Shown: positions 19,389-29,976, numbered from the stretch's first letter. The stretch is 64,000 bases of DNA from Faecousia sp. (GCA_045595885.1 JAZOBI010000052.1:67961-131960), one strand, 5' to 3'. Made by a program: numbers and translations. The notes: generated from the sequence alone by a model not told the origin.

Positions 19389-19852
19389 ATCTGCGCCTCC
19401 TCCGCTATCCCCAGATCCTCATCAATTATCGCTTTCAGCTGCTGCTTGCCATAGGGTGAAATATTTCCGGAGATTTGTACGCCCACCGGGATAGGAATAG
19501 TATCCTGCGATAATTGAACAGATACAGTTAGTACCGCATCATACTTTGCTGCTTCATCCAAAATATATGCGCGGATTCGTTCCGTTATGATGTATTCCCA
19601 TTGGTTTTTAGCCAACATCTTTCCTTCATCAGCCACCTGCTCAGCATCCTGCCGGATAGAGGAAGATAAATCATTCCATTCCAGAAGATTTATATCCGTT
19701 AGGGGCCGAAGTATGGAAAACATCAAAAACATACCGCATAGAATCTTTCCCATTTTAACGGACGCGCCTTTTTCCGGGAGCAATTTAACGATCAAAGCGC
19801 AAATGATCGCAGCAACGGATATGGATAATACATATTCCGAAAGACCTGACAT
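19379..19852 (-). CDS. spoIIIAF: Stage III sporulation protein AF
   Basis: Two N-terminal TMs then a soluble domain; position between AE and AG. Confidence 0.78.
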   Translation of the reverse strand: MSGLSEYVLSISVAAIICALIVKLLPEKGASVKMGKILCGMFLMFSILRPLTDINLLEWNDLSSSIRQDAEQVADEGKMLAKNQWEYIITERIRAYILDEAAKYDAVLTVSVQLSQDTIPIPVGVQISGNISPYGKQQLKAIIDEDLGIAEEAQIWS

Positions 19853-20892
19853 TATCCCATTCCTTTCATAAAACACACCAAACTGATCATCTGCAGGAAA
19901 CAAGCAACACCCGTCATGGACAGCAGAAAGGTCATGGCAAAGGAGAAGCAGCCAATCAACTCTCCTGCCCATTTATCGCTGAAAACGGCACAGGCGCCGG
20001 CTGAAAGTCTCAGAAGCACAGCATGGGCCGCAATCATCAAAAAGGGGCCAACCAGAATTGCCACCAATGCAAGGATCCCAAATACACCGGCGGAATTTTT
20101 CGCAAGATGAATACTGGCCAGCAGCGCCTCCGACGCGTCCGAGAGGATTCCTCCCACCACAGGTACAGTGCTGGATATTGTCAGTTTTGTAGCTTTCAGG
20201 GTTGCCTGATCTGTTGTACCGCAAACAACGCCTGTGATGCTCAAATAACCCGTAAATACATATAGAATGATTTTCAGACACCACACCATTATCCATTTCA
20301 CAAAATCCCGAAGCTGCTTTACAAGGCCATCCCCCGTGGCGGAATTCAGAATCCCGAATACCAGATACACATATACCGCCGGTACCAGAAAGGAAGACAG
20401 GATCCAGGAAAGAACAGTATCCAAAATGGCAGTTCCGGTATAAAGAGCCGTGGAAGCGCCAACGCCCCCCTGCGCTGCCAATGCCGCAGCCATTACAGGC
20501 AGAAGAAGCTTCCCATACTCACTGATCTGATTCACAGTGTCCACTCCCAAGGCAATCATGGAATTGGTTGACCGAAACAATAGACAAGCGATGACCACGA
20601 CACCCGCAACTTCTGCCGCGGATTTACCTAAGCCATCCTGAATTTTCAGTATGGACAGCAGTAATGCCGCCGCGAAAATACCCACACAAATCTGAAAGGC
20701 TTCCTGAATATCCGGACGGATCGCCAAAAACGCGCTCCGGATCACATACCACAAATCCTGTCCGAAATCGCCGGTAGAATCCGGCATATACTCCAGGGCT
20801 GACTCCGGTGGATCCGCAGGCAATATTTCTACTGCTTGTACAGAAACCGGGAATAAAAATAACAGCAGAATCATCAGGGTAAATTTTCTCAT
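19852..20892 (-). CDS. spoIIIAE: Stage III sporulation protein AE
   Basis: Polytopic membrane protein, VPVVGGILSDA motif. Confidence 0.9.
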   Translation of the reverse strand: MRKFTLMILLLFLFPVSVQAVEILPADPPESALEYMPDSTGDFGQDLWYVIRSAFLAIRPDIQEAFQICVGIFAAALLLSILKIQDGLGKSAAEVAGVVVIACLLFRSTNSMIALGVDTVNQISEYGKLLLPVMAAALAAQGGVGASTALYTGTAILDTVLSWILSSFLVPAVYVYLVFGILNSATGDGLVKQLRDFVKWIMVWCLKIILYVFTGYLSITGVVCGTTDQATLKATKLTISSTVPVVGGILSDASEALLASIHLAKNSAGVFGILALVAILVGPFLMIAAHAVLLRLSAGACAVFSDKWAGELIGCFSFAMTFLLSMTGVACFLQMISLVCFMKGMG

Positions 20893-21284
20893 ATATTCTC
20901 CATAATGGAAAGGATTTGATCCAACAGCTTCTCATATGCTGGCAGCGATAAATACATTATGATTGCCACAGCTAAATACTGCAGCGCTTTTCCCATAGCA
21001 GAATTCCCGGAGTCCGTACAGACAAGGGAAGCTATTTCTGACAAAAATGCGATGCCTACAACCTTCAGTAGCATCAACATCATATCATCATCGATCCCGC
21101 CAACAGTTTGCAGCTGATTCATAAATTGAATAACCGGCGCCAGGTAGCTTGCCGCAAGGCAACCCAGTGCGCAGCACAGAAATACTGACAATAGTAAACC
21201 GATGTCACGTCCCTGGCTGCGAAAGGACAGGATTAACACAACGGCCAACAATGTTGCGGATGCAGCCTGCAAGAATGTAGTCAT
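20889..21284 (-). CDS. spoIIIAD: Stage III sporulation protein AD
   Basis: LLKVVGIAFLSEIASLVCTDSG. Confidence 0.88.
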   Translation of the reverse strand: MTTFLQAASATLLAVVLILSFRSQGRDIGLLLSVFLCCALGCLAASYLAPVIQFMNQLQTVGGIDDDMMLMLLKVVGIAFLSEIASLVCTDSGNSAMGKALQYLAVAIIMYLSLPAYEKLLDQILSIMENI

Positions 21285-21478
21285 CAAAAATGAAACAGCT
21301 TTTCCACCAGGTCAAACAGTTCGGCGATCTTTTGGGCTACGATCATCAGAACCACCACCAAACCCGCAAGGGTAGTCATGGTGGCTTGCTCTTCCCTGCC
21401 GCTGCGGGACAGAACCTGGTTTAATATGGATACAATTATGCCAACGGCGGCAATCTTAAAAATCAAGTCAATTTCCAT
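21284..21478 (-). CDS. spoIIIAC: Stage III sporulation protein AC
   Basis: MEIDLIFKIAAVGIIVSILNQVL..SGREEQA. Confidence 0.93.
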   Translation of the reverse strand: MEIDLIFKIAAVGIIVSILNQVLSRSGREEQATMTTLAGLVVVLMIVAQKIAELFDLVEKLFHF

Positions 21479-21480
21479 AC

Positions 21481-21993
21481 TTACAACAGTAGAATCACAA
21501 GGGCAATGCCGCAGCAAATCCCAAGAGTTCGGTAGCTTCTTATCCGGGCATCCCGGTCAAGTGTCAAAGAATCCAGATCTCGTTGGCACAGATGGGAAAC
21601 ACCCCGCAAGCCGGAAACTTGTCCGGACAAGGCGAACCTGCCTATGGATTTTCCAAGCTGCAGCAAATTTCGTTCCGTCCGCACAGGAATATTTCCGAAG
21701 CGCCGCAGCACATAATCCATGCAAACACCCGCATCCGGAAATCCCTTTCCTTCCATTTCCATGGCTGTTTCATGAAGAACCTTACCAATGAAGCCACCAG
21801 CCTCCTGTCCGGCCATACGGCACAGATCCGGCAAAGGTGTATGATGATACTCCAATTCACATATCATATACGCTATGGCCCGTTGCAGCGCCAACAGGTA
21901 CCGTTCTTCCCGCTTGTGATTCGCCGCAACAGAAAATCCAAAGACGCTGCAGGAAAGGATAACGCAGGCTGCTCCAATGAATCTGATGGTCAT
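21481..21993 (-). CDS. spoIIIAB: Stage III sporulation protein AB
   Basis: N- and C-terminal TMs, ELEYHHTPLP, YRTLGICCG. Confidence 0.87.
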   Translation of the reverse strand: MTIRFIGAACVILSCSVFGFSVAANHKREERYLLALQRAIAYMICELEYHHTPLPDLCRMAGQEAGGFIGKVLHETAMEMEGKGFPDAGVCMDYVLRRFGNIPVRTERNLLQLGKSIGRFALSGQVSGLRGVSHLCQRDLDSLTLDRDARIRSYRTLGICCGIALVILLL

Positions 21994-22823
21994 ATCCGGT
22001 TCCTTTCTATCCACCAGGACTTGTCCTTTGCCATAAAAACAAAATGATCAAATATTCCGCCGGTAACCAAAGGCGCGCAACGAGCAGAAGATAGGAAATC
22101 TTGTTTCCCATGTGCGTGGATGGTGGCAAGCAGATGAACACCACAACGTCCGGCATGGATGACAGCCCGAATGTCCTCTTCCGATGTGATTTCATCCACG
22201 GCGATGGTATCCGGTCCCATTGTCTTCAACAGATTTTCAATGCCCTGGGGCTTACCGCAGCCTGTAAGGACATCGGTACGGCTTCCTGTTTCAAATCCAC
22301 CCTGTTCGGGAAACAGCTCTCCCCGCTCGTCAACAACAGAAATATTTTCAAAAGCCGACCGCTGTCGAATCAGATCCCGAAGCAAGGTCGTTTTTCCGCA
22401 ACCGGGATTTCCCGCAATCAATAATGAGCCCTTTTCTTTCCAAAGAGAACCGCTGATCCCCGGAAAATCTCTTGCGACACGAATGTTGATTGACCGCAGT
22501 TTTCGAAATCCCGACATACTCCCCTCTTTCATTACCGCATCCCCACAGATTCCGATTCGATGCCCACCGGGAGCCGTAATATAGCCGAAGGCGGAAGTTG
22601 TGGCAAGCCATGGAGAATATCTACTGGCCGCATTGACAATATGGGACAACTCTTCCGCTGCAACCGGTTGTCCAACGGAAATTCGCCGTTGATTTGTAAT
22701 GATTTCTGTCGGATGATTGATTCGAAGCCGCAATTCCTGAACACATTCGGACGAATAGTTGTCCACTTTATTTTGAAGCGGTCGTGGTAAAATCGCTATC
22801 AGTTCCTTCCATGCACATTTCAT
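21990..22823 (-). CDS. spoIIIAA: Stage III sporulation ATPase AA
   Basis: GHRIGICG, GNPGCGKTTLLRD, VDERGE, VDEI, ATIH. Confidence 0.93.
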   Translation of the reverse strand: MKCAWKELIAILPRPLQNKVDNYSSECVQELRLRINHPTEIITNQRRISVGQPVAAEELSHIVNAASRYSPWLATTSAFGYITAPGGHRIGICGDAVMKEGSMSGFRKLRSINIRVARDFPGISGSLWKEKGSLLIAGNPGCGKTTLLRDLIRQRSAFENISVVDERGELFPEQGGFETGSRTDVLTGCGKPQGIENLLKTMGPDTIAVDEITSEEDIRAVIHAGRCGVHLLATIHAHGKQDFLSSARCAPLVTGGIFDHFVFMAKDKSWWIERNRI

Positions 22824-22841
22824 TGGTATCACTCCCACATA

Positions 22842-22870
22842 AGACTATGCGCCCGGTGAGGCAAGTATGC
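22842..22870 (-). promoter_or_regulatory. sigma-E-like promoter of the spoIIIA operon
   Basis: Minus strand GCATAC-15 bp-CATAGTCT. Confidence 0.6.
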
Positions 22871-22914
22871 CACAGAAGTAAAAAAGCCTGCGAACCAGGT
22901 TCGCATGCTTTCCG

Positions 22915-23682
22915 TTAATGCTTATTCTTTTTATATATGATATTCAAACCCTTCAGCAGCAGTTCTTTCTCCAAAATTATCTCATGCTTACAAAGTGGTG
23001 TAACAAACTGCGCCAAACCGCCGGTAGCAACAATGGTGGAAGTGTGGCCCAATTCTTCCGCGATCCGGTCAATCAAACCATCCAGCATAGACGCAGTGCC
23101 GTACATCATGCCGCTGCGCATACAATCGACAGTATTTTTGCCGATCACATTTTTGGGTTTATCCAGGCTGATTCCGGGAAGCTGCGCCGCACGGCTGGTC
23201 AGGGAATCCAGAGATACCATCATGCCGGGGAAAATAATACCGCCCATGTAGACATTATCCGGTTCCACAACCTCAACCGTAGTCGCGGTACCAAGGTCGA
23301 TCAGCACCAGCGGCGCTTTGTATTCGCCCAAGGCAGCAACAGCGGCTACGATACGGTCAGCGCCAACCTGGGAGGGGATATCCACATGGATGTTCAATCC
23401 TGTTTTCAAACCGGGACCAACAACCAAAGGCTGTTTGCCGATAATCTTAATAACGCCGGTATGAACGGAATTGAATACAGGGGGTACAACGGAGGCAATG
23501 ATGCAATCTTCAATATCCGAGATGGAGATACCGAACGCTTCCAGCATATTCTTTATTTCAACGCCATACTGATCAGAGGTTCGCTGACGCTCTGTGGCAA
23601 TACGCGCCTTGAAAATAATCTCGTCGTTACGGATAACGCCGATAACGATATTCGTATTACCAATATCAATGGCAAGTAACAT
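22915..23682 (-). CDS. coaX: Type III pantothenate kinase
   Basis: IDIGNT, GADR, IDLGTATT, ATGG. Confidence 0.95.
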   Translation of the reverse strand: MLLAIDIGNTNIVIGVIRNDEIIFKARIATERQRTSDQYGVEIKNMLEAFGISISDIEDCIIASVVPPVFNSVHTGVIKIIGKQPLVVGPGLKTGLNIHVDIPSQVGADRIVAAVAALGEYKAPLVLIDLGTATTVEVVEPDNVYMGGIIFPGMMVSLDSLTSRAAQLPGISLDKPKNVIGKNTVDCMRSGMMYGTASMLDGLIDRIAEELGHTSTIVATGGLAQFVTPLCKHEIILEKELLLKGLNIIYKKNKH

Positions 23683-23688
23683 GACACA

Positions 23689-24294
23689 TTACCTCCTGAT
23701 AATAAATTTAGACAAAACTTTACCCACAACGCCCACAATAACAGAGGATGCAATCATTTCCACAAACGCATTGATACCAACAAAAGCAAAGATAAAAACA
23801 AATATATTACGACCGGCAATCAGATCTTGTACGTAGTCTGTGCGACCAAACAGCAGAATCAAGGCCGTCATAAACAGAATCGTATTCAAAAGCGCGGCAC
23901 AAAAACCGGTGGTAAAGCAGGCAACATTCACATTTGCGGCTTTCTTAACGCCGGAATAAATAAAGCCGCAGCACAAACCCGCCAGCAAGCGGGGAAGGAA
24001 ACGTTGAACAAAGGCAAAGAAGGGATTGATCTCAAACAGAATCACACCCATGGCGCTGGTACCACCGATACCAAGGCATTGCAAAAAACTGGTGATGCCA
24101 AACATACCGCCCAAAACCGCTCCGCCGACCGGCCCCAATGCAATAGCGCCAATGGCCACTGGAATCATATTGAAAGAAATCGCCAAGGGGCCGATATTCA
24201 AATAACCCAGGGGCGTAAAGGACATGATAAGTAAAATGGCACAGAGCATGGCAGTCGTTACCATTTCACGGGTACCGAACTTTTTCTGTTTCAT
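23689..24294 (-). CDS. ECF transporter S component, likely pantothenate (PanT)
   Basis: FTPLGY, IPVAIGAIALGP..GAVLG; sits between coaX and coaBC. Confidence 0.8.
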   Translation of the reverse strand: MKQKKFGTREMVTTAMLCAILLIMSFTPLGYLNIGPLAISFNMIPVAIGAIALGPVGGAVLGGMFGITSFLQCLGIGGTSAMGVILFEINPFFAFVQRFLPRLLAGLCCGFIYSGVKKAANVNVACFTTGFCAALLNTILFMTALILLFGRTDYVQDLIAGRNIFVFIFAFVGINAFVEMIASSVIVGVVGKVLSKFIIRR

Positions 24295-24459
24295 ATTGAA
24301 ATCCTCCTGCTGCCGTTCCGCAAAGCGGATACAGCGCAATTTATAGCATAGCCATGGCTTTATTATACAAAAAAATCACAGGATTACAAGAAAAATCTTT
24401 CCTTTACACCGGGGAAAATATGGGGTATAATGACAAAAAAGTATTTGGGAGGCAATCTC

Positions 24460-25650
24460 ATGCTAAAAAACAAAACTATTTTGCTGGGTGTCACCGGCGG
24501 TATCGCCGCCTATAAAGCTGCCGCACTTGCTTCTGCACTTGTAAAACTTCATGCGAATGTGGAAGTTGTCATGACGGAAAATGCCACGGAATTTGTCACA
24601 CCTTTGACCTTTGAGCAGTTGACAGGCCGACGGACTATGGTCAATACCTTCGACCGAAATTTCTCTCATCAGGTGGAGCATATTTCCCTTGCTGAGCGGA
24701 CGGATCTTGTGATCATCGCGCCCGCTACCGCCAATGTGTGCGCAAAACTGGCACACGGACTGGCTGACGATATGCTGACCACAACGGTTTTGGCCTGTAA
24801 ATGCCCAAAGCTGATCGCACCGGCCATGAACACCAATATGTATGAAAATCCCATTACCCAGGACAATTTGGCCGTTCTACGGCGCTATGGATTCCAGGTC
24901 ATCGAGCCCGCCTCCGGACGACTGGCTTGTGGCGCTGTGGGAAAGGGAAAGATGCCGGAACCGGAGGATCTTGTGCAGCATATTTTACATCACATCGGGA
25001 TGACCCATGACCTTGTGGGAAAACGCGTATTGGTCACTGCCGGACCTACCCAGGAATCGCTGGATCCTGTTCGGTATCTTACCAATCATTCTACCGGAAA
25101 AATGGGATACGCCATCGCCAAAATGGCATCTCTGCGCGGGGCTGAAGTGACTCTGGTTTCCGGACCTGTGAATCTGGCTCCCCTGCCCTATGTGACCACG
25201 GTGCCCGTGATTTCCGCAGCTGATATGTTCCGGGAAGTTTCCAAACACGCATTGGATTCGGATATGATTTTCATGGCAGCCGCCATTGCCGACTACACAC
25301 CTGCTCATTACGCGGATAACAAGATCAAAAAGAAGGACGGCGATTTGGCAATTCCCCTCAATCGCACCCAGGATATTTTGGCCTGGCTTGGCGAGAATCG
25401 CAGGAGCAACCAGGTTATCTGCGGTTTCTCCATGGAGACGGAAAACCTAATCGAAAACAGCCGCGGAAAACTTGTCAGAAAGAACGCCGATATGATTTGC
25501 GCCAATAATCTGAAGGTGGAAGGCGCCGGTTTTGGCGTAGACACCAATGTGATCAGTGTTATCACAAAAGAGGATTTGGTGGAGTTGCCGCTGCAGTCCA
25601 AGGATTCTGCCGCAAACGAGATCCTCAATATCGCAGCAAATCTGAAATAA
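24460..25650 (+). CDS. coaBC: Phosphopantothenoylcysteine decarboxylase/ligase
   Basis: GGIAAYKA, APAMNTNM, TAGPT...DPVRYLTNHSTGKMG. Confidence 0.96.
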   Translation: MLKNKTILLGVTGGIAAYKAAALASALVKLHANVEVVMTENATEFVTPLTFEQLTGRRTMVNTFDRNFSHQVEHISLAERTDLVIIAPATANVCAKLAHGLADDMLTTTVLACKCPKLIAPAMNTNMYENPITQDNLAVLRRYGFQVIEPASGRLACGAVGKGKMPEPEDLVQHILHHIGMTHDLVGKRVLVTAGPTQESLDPVRYLTNHSTGKMGYAIAKMASLRGAEVTLVSGPVNLAPLPYVTTVPVISAADMFREVSKHALDSDMIFMAAAIADYTPAHYADNKIKKKDGDLAIPLNRTQDILAWLGENRRSNQVICGFSMETENLIENSRGKLVRKNADMICANNLKVEGAGFGVDTNVISVITKEDLVELPLQSKDSAANEILNIAANLK

Positions 25651-25653
25651 ACG

Positions 25654-25686
25654 AAAGCCAGACTTCAGTCATTGAAGTCTGGCTTT
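25654..25686. terminator. Bidirectional intrinsic terminator
   Basis: AAAGCCAGACTTCA-GTCAT-TGAAGTCTGGCTTT. Confidence 0.75.
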
Positions 25687-25691
25687 TCAAT

Positions 25692-28355
25692 TCAGTCGGT
25701 TTCCTCGGGGACAGGGCCTGGATCATCACTTTCCAGATCCTCAAAGCCCAACTGCTTGGGCTGACCGGATTTCATGGATTCCCATTGCTCTTTGGTTACC
25801 AAAATCGTTCTGGGTTTGCTGCCCTGGAAAGGCCCCACGATTCCCTTCTCTTCCATCTCATCCACAATACGGGCTGCGCGGGCGTAGCCCAGCTTCAGTC
25901 GCCGCTGAAGCATCGAAACGGAAGCCTGCCCGGTCTCCAAAATCACATCCACGGCTGCCGGCAGCATTTCATCCCCATCCAGCTCCGCTTCATTGGGTTC
26001 GGGATCAGAAGCTGTCGCCGGCTTAGACGAACCGGTCTGGGCGGCTTTCTTATCAATTTCATCCATGATGCCCTTATCATAGGTTACATTAAAGTTATCC
26101 TTGACATAAGAGGCAACAGCCTCCACCTCGGGATCACTGACAAAGCAGCCCTGAATTCGCTGGGGTTTGCCACTGCCGATGGGACTATACAGCATATCGC
26201 CTTTACCAACCAGCTTTTCCGCACCCATGGTATCCAAAATAATCCGGGACTCCATAGCAGAGGCCACGGAGAACGCAATTCTCGACGGAATATTCGCCTT
26301 CATCAAACCTGTAATCACATCAGCAGAGGGACGCTGCGTTGCAATAACCAGGTGGATACCGGCCGCGCGGCCCATCTGGGCGATACGACAGATGGATTCC
26401 TCCACTTCTTTGGCGGCAACCAGCATCAGATCCGCAAGCTCGTCAATAATGACCACGATCTGGGGAAGTTTCTCTGCCTCCTCCGCCTCCATGATGGAAT
26501 TATAGGATTCCAGATCACGAACGCCTGCATGACTCATGGAATTATACCGACGCATCATTTCCGTAACAGCCCACTGGAGGCTGCCAGCGGCCTTTTTGGG
26601 ATCCGTAACAACAGGGATCAGCAGATGAGGAATGCCGTTGTAAATACCCAGCTCGACCATCTTGGGGTCGATCATAATCAGCTTCACATCTTCCGGGCTG
26701 GATTTATACAGCAAGCTGATGATAATGGAGTTCATGCATACGGACTTACCGGAACCGGTGGTACCGGCAATCAGCATATGGGGCAGTTTTGCGATATTAC
26801 CCACGATGCAAGTACCGCCAATATCTCTGCCAACAGCAAAGGAAGACTTGGATTTTGCTTTGTTAAACTCATTGGAGTCTATGACCTCCCGCAGAGAAAC
26901 GGTAGTAACCGCCCGATTGGGAACTTCGATACCTACAATGGAAATTTTATCGGGAACCGCGGCAATCCGAACGCCGGATGCGCCTAAGCTCAGGGCAATA
27001 TCATCAGCAATGGTGGTCAGCTTATTTAGGCGGACACCCTTATCCAATTCCACCTCATATCGGGTAACACTGGGCCCGCGTGTTACATTGATGATGTGGG
27101 CATCAATTTTGAAGCTGGCCAGGGTTTCATTCAGACGGCGGGAATTTTCCTTCATCTCAGCCGATCCATCCGAGGCGCTGCCGGAAGGCTTTTTCAGCAA
27201 ATCAATGGGCGGAAAGCAATATACCGGCTTGGCGGCCTGCTCATTTTGCGCAATCTCACGGGCAACCTGCTCGGCAGATTCCGCGGCTTCCTTGGCAGTA
27301 ACCTTTGGCGCCGCCTTTTCCACGACAGGTTCCGGGATCGGAGCATCGTCCTGGGGCTGCTCCGAAGTTTCGGCCGGTACATCTTCCATGGCCAAAGTGG
27401 GCATTTCCTTCGGAATATTATCAACCAGTGTCTTTTTCGATATTTTTTGACCAATAGGACTAAAAATGGAATCATCCTCGGGCTCAGAAACATGAGTTTC
27501 AGCAGCTGTAACCGGCGCCTGGATATCCTGGTCGATCTGGCTGATCATATCATCGACCTTACTCTTTTGATTCCTTTTTTCTTCTTCTGCCTTAGCCTTC
27601 TTTTCTTCCTGCTCGCGACGTTTTTCTTCGTTGCGCTCCATGCGTTCAATGCGCTTGTTGGCAATATGATTCACAACCAAGGCAGCAGGTTCCGTAACTT
27701 CCTCTTCCTCCGTTTCCCAGGCACCACGGGGACGATTCTTAATGGCCCGGACAATCCCGGGAATAGTAATATGCATAGCGCCCAGCAATGTCAGGATTCC
27801 AGCAACCACCAGAATAATATAGGAAATGGCATTGCCGCAAAGCCAACGCAAAACCGTTGCGAGGAAACCGCAAATTACACCCGCATGGGTACCATCGATA
27901 CCGCCCAAATATAGTTCCGATATGGACGCAAACACCTTTGTGGAAACACCGTGAAGCAATACAAGCTCATGGAAAAATCCGCAAATCAGAATAAATACAC
28001 CAAGGCAAATGCTTCTCATAATAATGGGTCGTTTGCCGCTGAATGCATGAATATAAAACATAAACAGAAATGCGGGAATGGAAACATAGAAGGAAACTTT
28101 TCCAAACAGGCCCAAAATCAGTTTATAGAACAGATTGATAATCGCGCCGTCGGAATTAAACAGAATTACCAAGAAAAGAATAAACAGCGCAATGAACACC
28201 AAACTGGTTATCAATCTAACAGGAATATCCGTCTTATCCTGCATCTGGGGTACCTTTGCAGACCCCTTCTGTTCAGTTGTCTTTTTTTCAGACCTTGATT
28301 TTTTCTGAGAAGCCGCAGCACGGGATGCCTGAGTAGGTTTTCTGGATTGTGCCAT
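25692..28355 (-). CDS. ftsK: DNA translocase FtsK/SpoIIIE
   Basis: N-terminal TMs, GTTGSGKS, IIDELADLM, ATQRPS, gamma domain LQRRLKLGYARAARI. Confidence 0.96.
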   Translation of the reverse strand: MAQSRKPTQASRAAASQKKSRSEKKTTEQKGSAKVPQMQDKTDIPVRLITSLVFIALFILFLVILFNSDGAIINLFYKLILGLFGKVSFYVSIPAFLFMFYIHAFSGKRPIIMRSICLGVFILICGFFHELVLLHGVSTKVFASISELYLGGIDGTHAGVICGFLATVLRWLCGNAISYIILVVAGILTLLGAMHITIPGIVRAIKNRPRGAWETEEEEVTEPAALVVNHIANKRIERMERNEEKRREQEEKKAKAEEEKRNQKSKVDDMISQIDQDIQAPVTAAETHVSEPEDDSIFSPIGQKISKKTLVDNIPKEMPTLAMEDVPAETSEQPQDDAPIPEPVVEKAAPKVTAKEAAESAEQVAREIAQNEQAAKPVYCFPPIDLLKKPSGSASDGSAEMKENSRRLNETLASFKIDAHIINVTRGPSVTRYEVELDKGVRLNKLTTIADDIALSLGASGVRIAAVPDKISIVGIEVPNRAVTTVSLREVIDSNEFNKAKSKSSFAVGRDIGGTCIVGNIAKLPHMLIAGTTGSGKSVCMNSIIISLLYKSSPEDVKLIMIDPKMVELGIYNGIPHLLIPVVTDPKKAAGSLQWAVTEMMRRYNSMSHAGVRDLESYNSIMEAEEAEKLPQIVVIIDELADLMLVAAKEVEESICRIAQMGRAAGIHLVIATQRPSADVITGLMKANIPSRIAFSVASAMESRIILDTMGAEKLVGKGDMLYSPIGSGKPQRIQGCFVSDPEVEAVASYVKDNFNVTYDKGIMDEIDKKAAQTGSSKPATASDPEPNEAELDGDEMLPAAVDVILETGQASVSMLQRRLKLGYARAARIVDEMEEKGIVGPFQGSKPRTILVTKEQWESMKSGQPKQLGFEDLESDDPGPVPEETD

Positions 28356-28370
28356 TATGTAGCCCTCCGT

Positions 28371-29207
28371 TTACGTAATCAGATAAAAGATAAAGCAGAA
28401 AACGGCCATTCCCCAACAATAGAAGGAAAAACCGGAAAAACCACGCTTAACCGCCAAAAAACGAGCGATATATATAGCGGCAACGCCGCCGCCAAAGGAA
28501 GCCAACGCACAGAGAAATCCAGCAAGAAAACCAATCGCGGTGATTGTTGCGCCGGCGGCAAAGATCATACAAAACAAATGAAAGATAACCAGCGCCAGAA
28601 GCATGGGAATGGAAAGCAGCAGCGCCAGATTCAGCATGGATTCCCGGTCGCATCCACGAGATCGTCCAACATAGAGAACAAGTCCCATTCTGGAAATACC
28701 GGGAATCACAGACAAAGCAGAGCAAAGACCCATGACAACACCATCCATGGGTGTCAGGTTTTTAGAATTTCGGAATCCGGAAGGCAAATAATGGGGCAAA
28801 TATACAAACACGCCGGAAAGAATCAGCACAAGGCAAATCAAAGGAAGCTTCGTAAAAAACGAAACAGAGGCGTTATAAAACAAAACACCCAGGAAAATGG
28901 GAACAAAGGCGATTACCATCAAACGGAAGTCACTAACCGCCTGAATATCCGGCAAACGCTTCCTGCGATGCTTGGGAAGACTGGCCAAATGCAGCTCACG
29001 GCGGATATGCACCAAATGTTTCCAGCAATATACAACAACAGCCACAAGACTGCCAAGATAAGACATAAAGAGAATAAAGGCTGTGTTGTTGGAAAAACCG
29101 GTCAAATAAGAGAACAGATACTGATTGGCCAAAGTTGAAACGGGTAAGAACTCTGAAAATCCTGTGATCAATCCATAGAGTAAACACCCGACGATGCTAT
29201 ATTCCAT
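28371..29207 (-). CDS. uppP: Undecaprenyl-diphosphatase UppP/BacA-like protein with degenerate motifs
   Basis: GLITGFSEFLPVS and IPGISRMG motifs, about 8 TMs. Confidence 0.75.
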   Translation of the reverse strand: MEYSIVGCLLYGLITGFSEFLPVSTLANQYLFSYLTGFSNNTAFILFMSYLGSLVAVVVYCWKHLVHIRRELHLASLPKHRRKRLPDIQAVSDFRLMVIAFVPIFLGVLFYNASVSFFTKLPLICLVLILSGVFVYLPHYLPSGFRNSKNLTPMDGVVMGLCSALSVIPGISRMGLVLYVGRSRGCDRESMLNLALLLSIPMLLALVIFHLFCMIFAAGATITAIGFLAGFLCALASFGGGVAAIYIARFLAVKRGFSGFSFYCWGMAVFCFIFYLIT

Positions 29208-29289
29208 GCCGGTCCCTCCTTCCAAACATTTCTGTCTATTCTATCATATCTGTTCCCAAATTTCCACCCCGAACGGAAAATTATTTCTC

Positions 29290-29976
29290 CTATTTCCCTT
29301 TTTTCCCATGAATCATCTTGCGAAGTGCTGTCAGCGCGTCATGGAGTCCTCCCAACTTGTCAATGAGTCCGGAAGCAACGGCTTCTTTGCCGTAAAGAAT
29401 CGTACCCACATCGGCGGCCATCTCCCCGGTCGCCATCATATAATCCTCAAATTGCTGCCGGGAGATTCGGGAATTTGCGGTGACAAAATCCGCGATCTGT
29501 TCCTGAATTCGCTGAAAGTATCGGAAGGTTTGTGGCGCGCCGATTACCAATCCGGTCATTCGCACCGGATGGACCGTCATACTGGCAGTGGGAGTAATAA
29601 AGCTCCTTCGGGTACACACAGCCAATGGAATTCCAATGGAGTGGCCACCGCCCAACACAAGAGAAACCGTGGGCTTTTTCATACCCGCAACCATCTCGGC
29701 AATGGCAAGACCTGCTTCAATATCACCGCCTACCGTATTCAGCAGCAGCAACAATCCGTCGATCTCATCGTCCTCTTCAATGCTTGCCAGCAAGGGCAAA
29801 ACGTGTTCATATTTTGTGGTTTTCACATTTTCCGGCGCCACCATATGACCCTCTACCTGGCCGATGATCGTCAGCGTATAGATATTGCATTTCTCAGATT
29901 TGGTAAAATCGGAACCAAGTTCTTTGATTTGTTCCAGTTCCTGCTCTGCCATATCCGCATTCTTTTTTGTATCCAT
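29290..29976 (-). CDS. tepA: ClpP-like protein TepA
   Basis: IGQVEGH, TTKYEHVLP, LNTVGGD, GGGHSIG, HPVR. Confidence 0.88.
   Translation of the reverse strand: MDTKKNADMAEQELEQIKELGSDFTKSEKCNIYTLTIIGQVEGHMVAPENVKTTKYEHVLPLLASIEEDDEIDGLLLLLNTVGGDIEAGLAIAEMVAGMKKPTVSLVLGGGHSIGIPLAVCTRRSFITPTASMTVHPVRMTGLVIGAPQTFRYFQRIQEQIADFVTANSRISRQQFEDYMMATGEMAADVGTILYGKEAVASGLIDKLGGLHDALTALRKMIHGKKGK

Noticed and set aside
18305-22823. spoIIIA operon as unusual
   Set aside because: All eight genes are present in standard order; the proteins are divergent and compact but ordinary for spore-forming Clostridia
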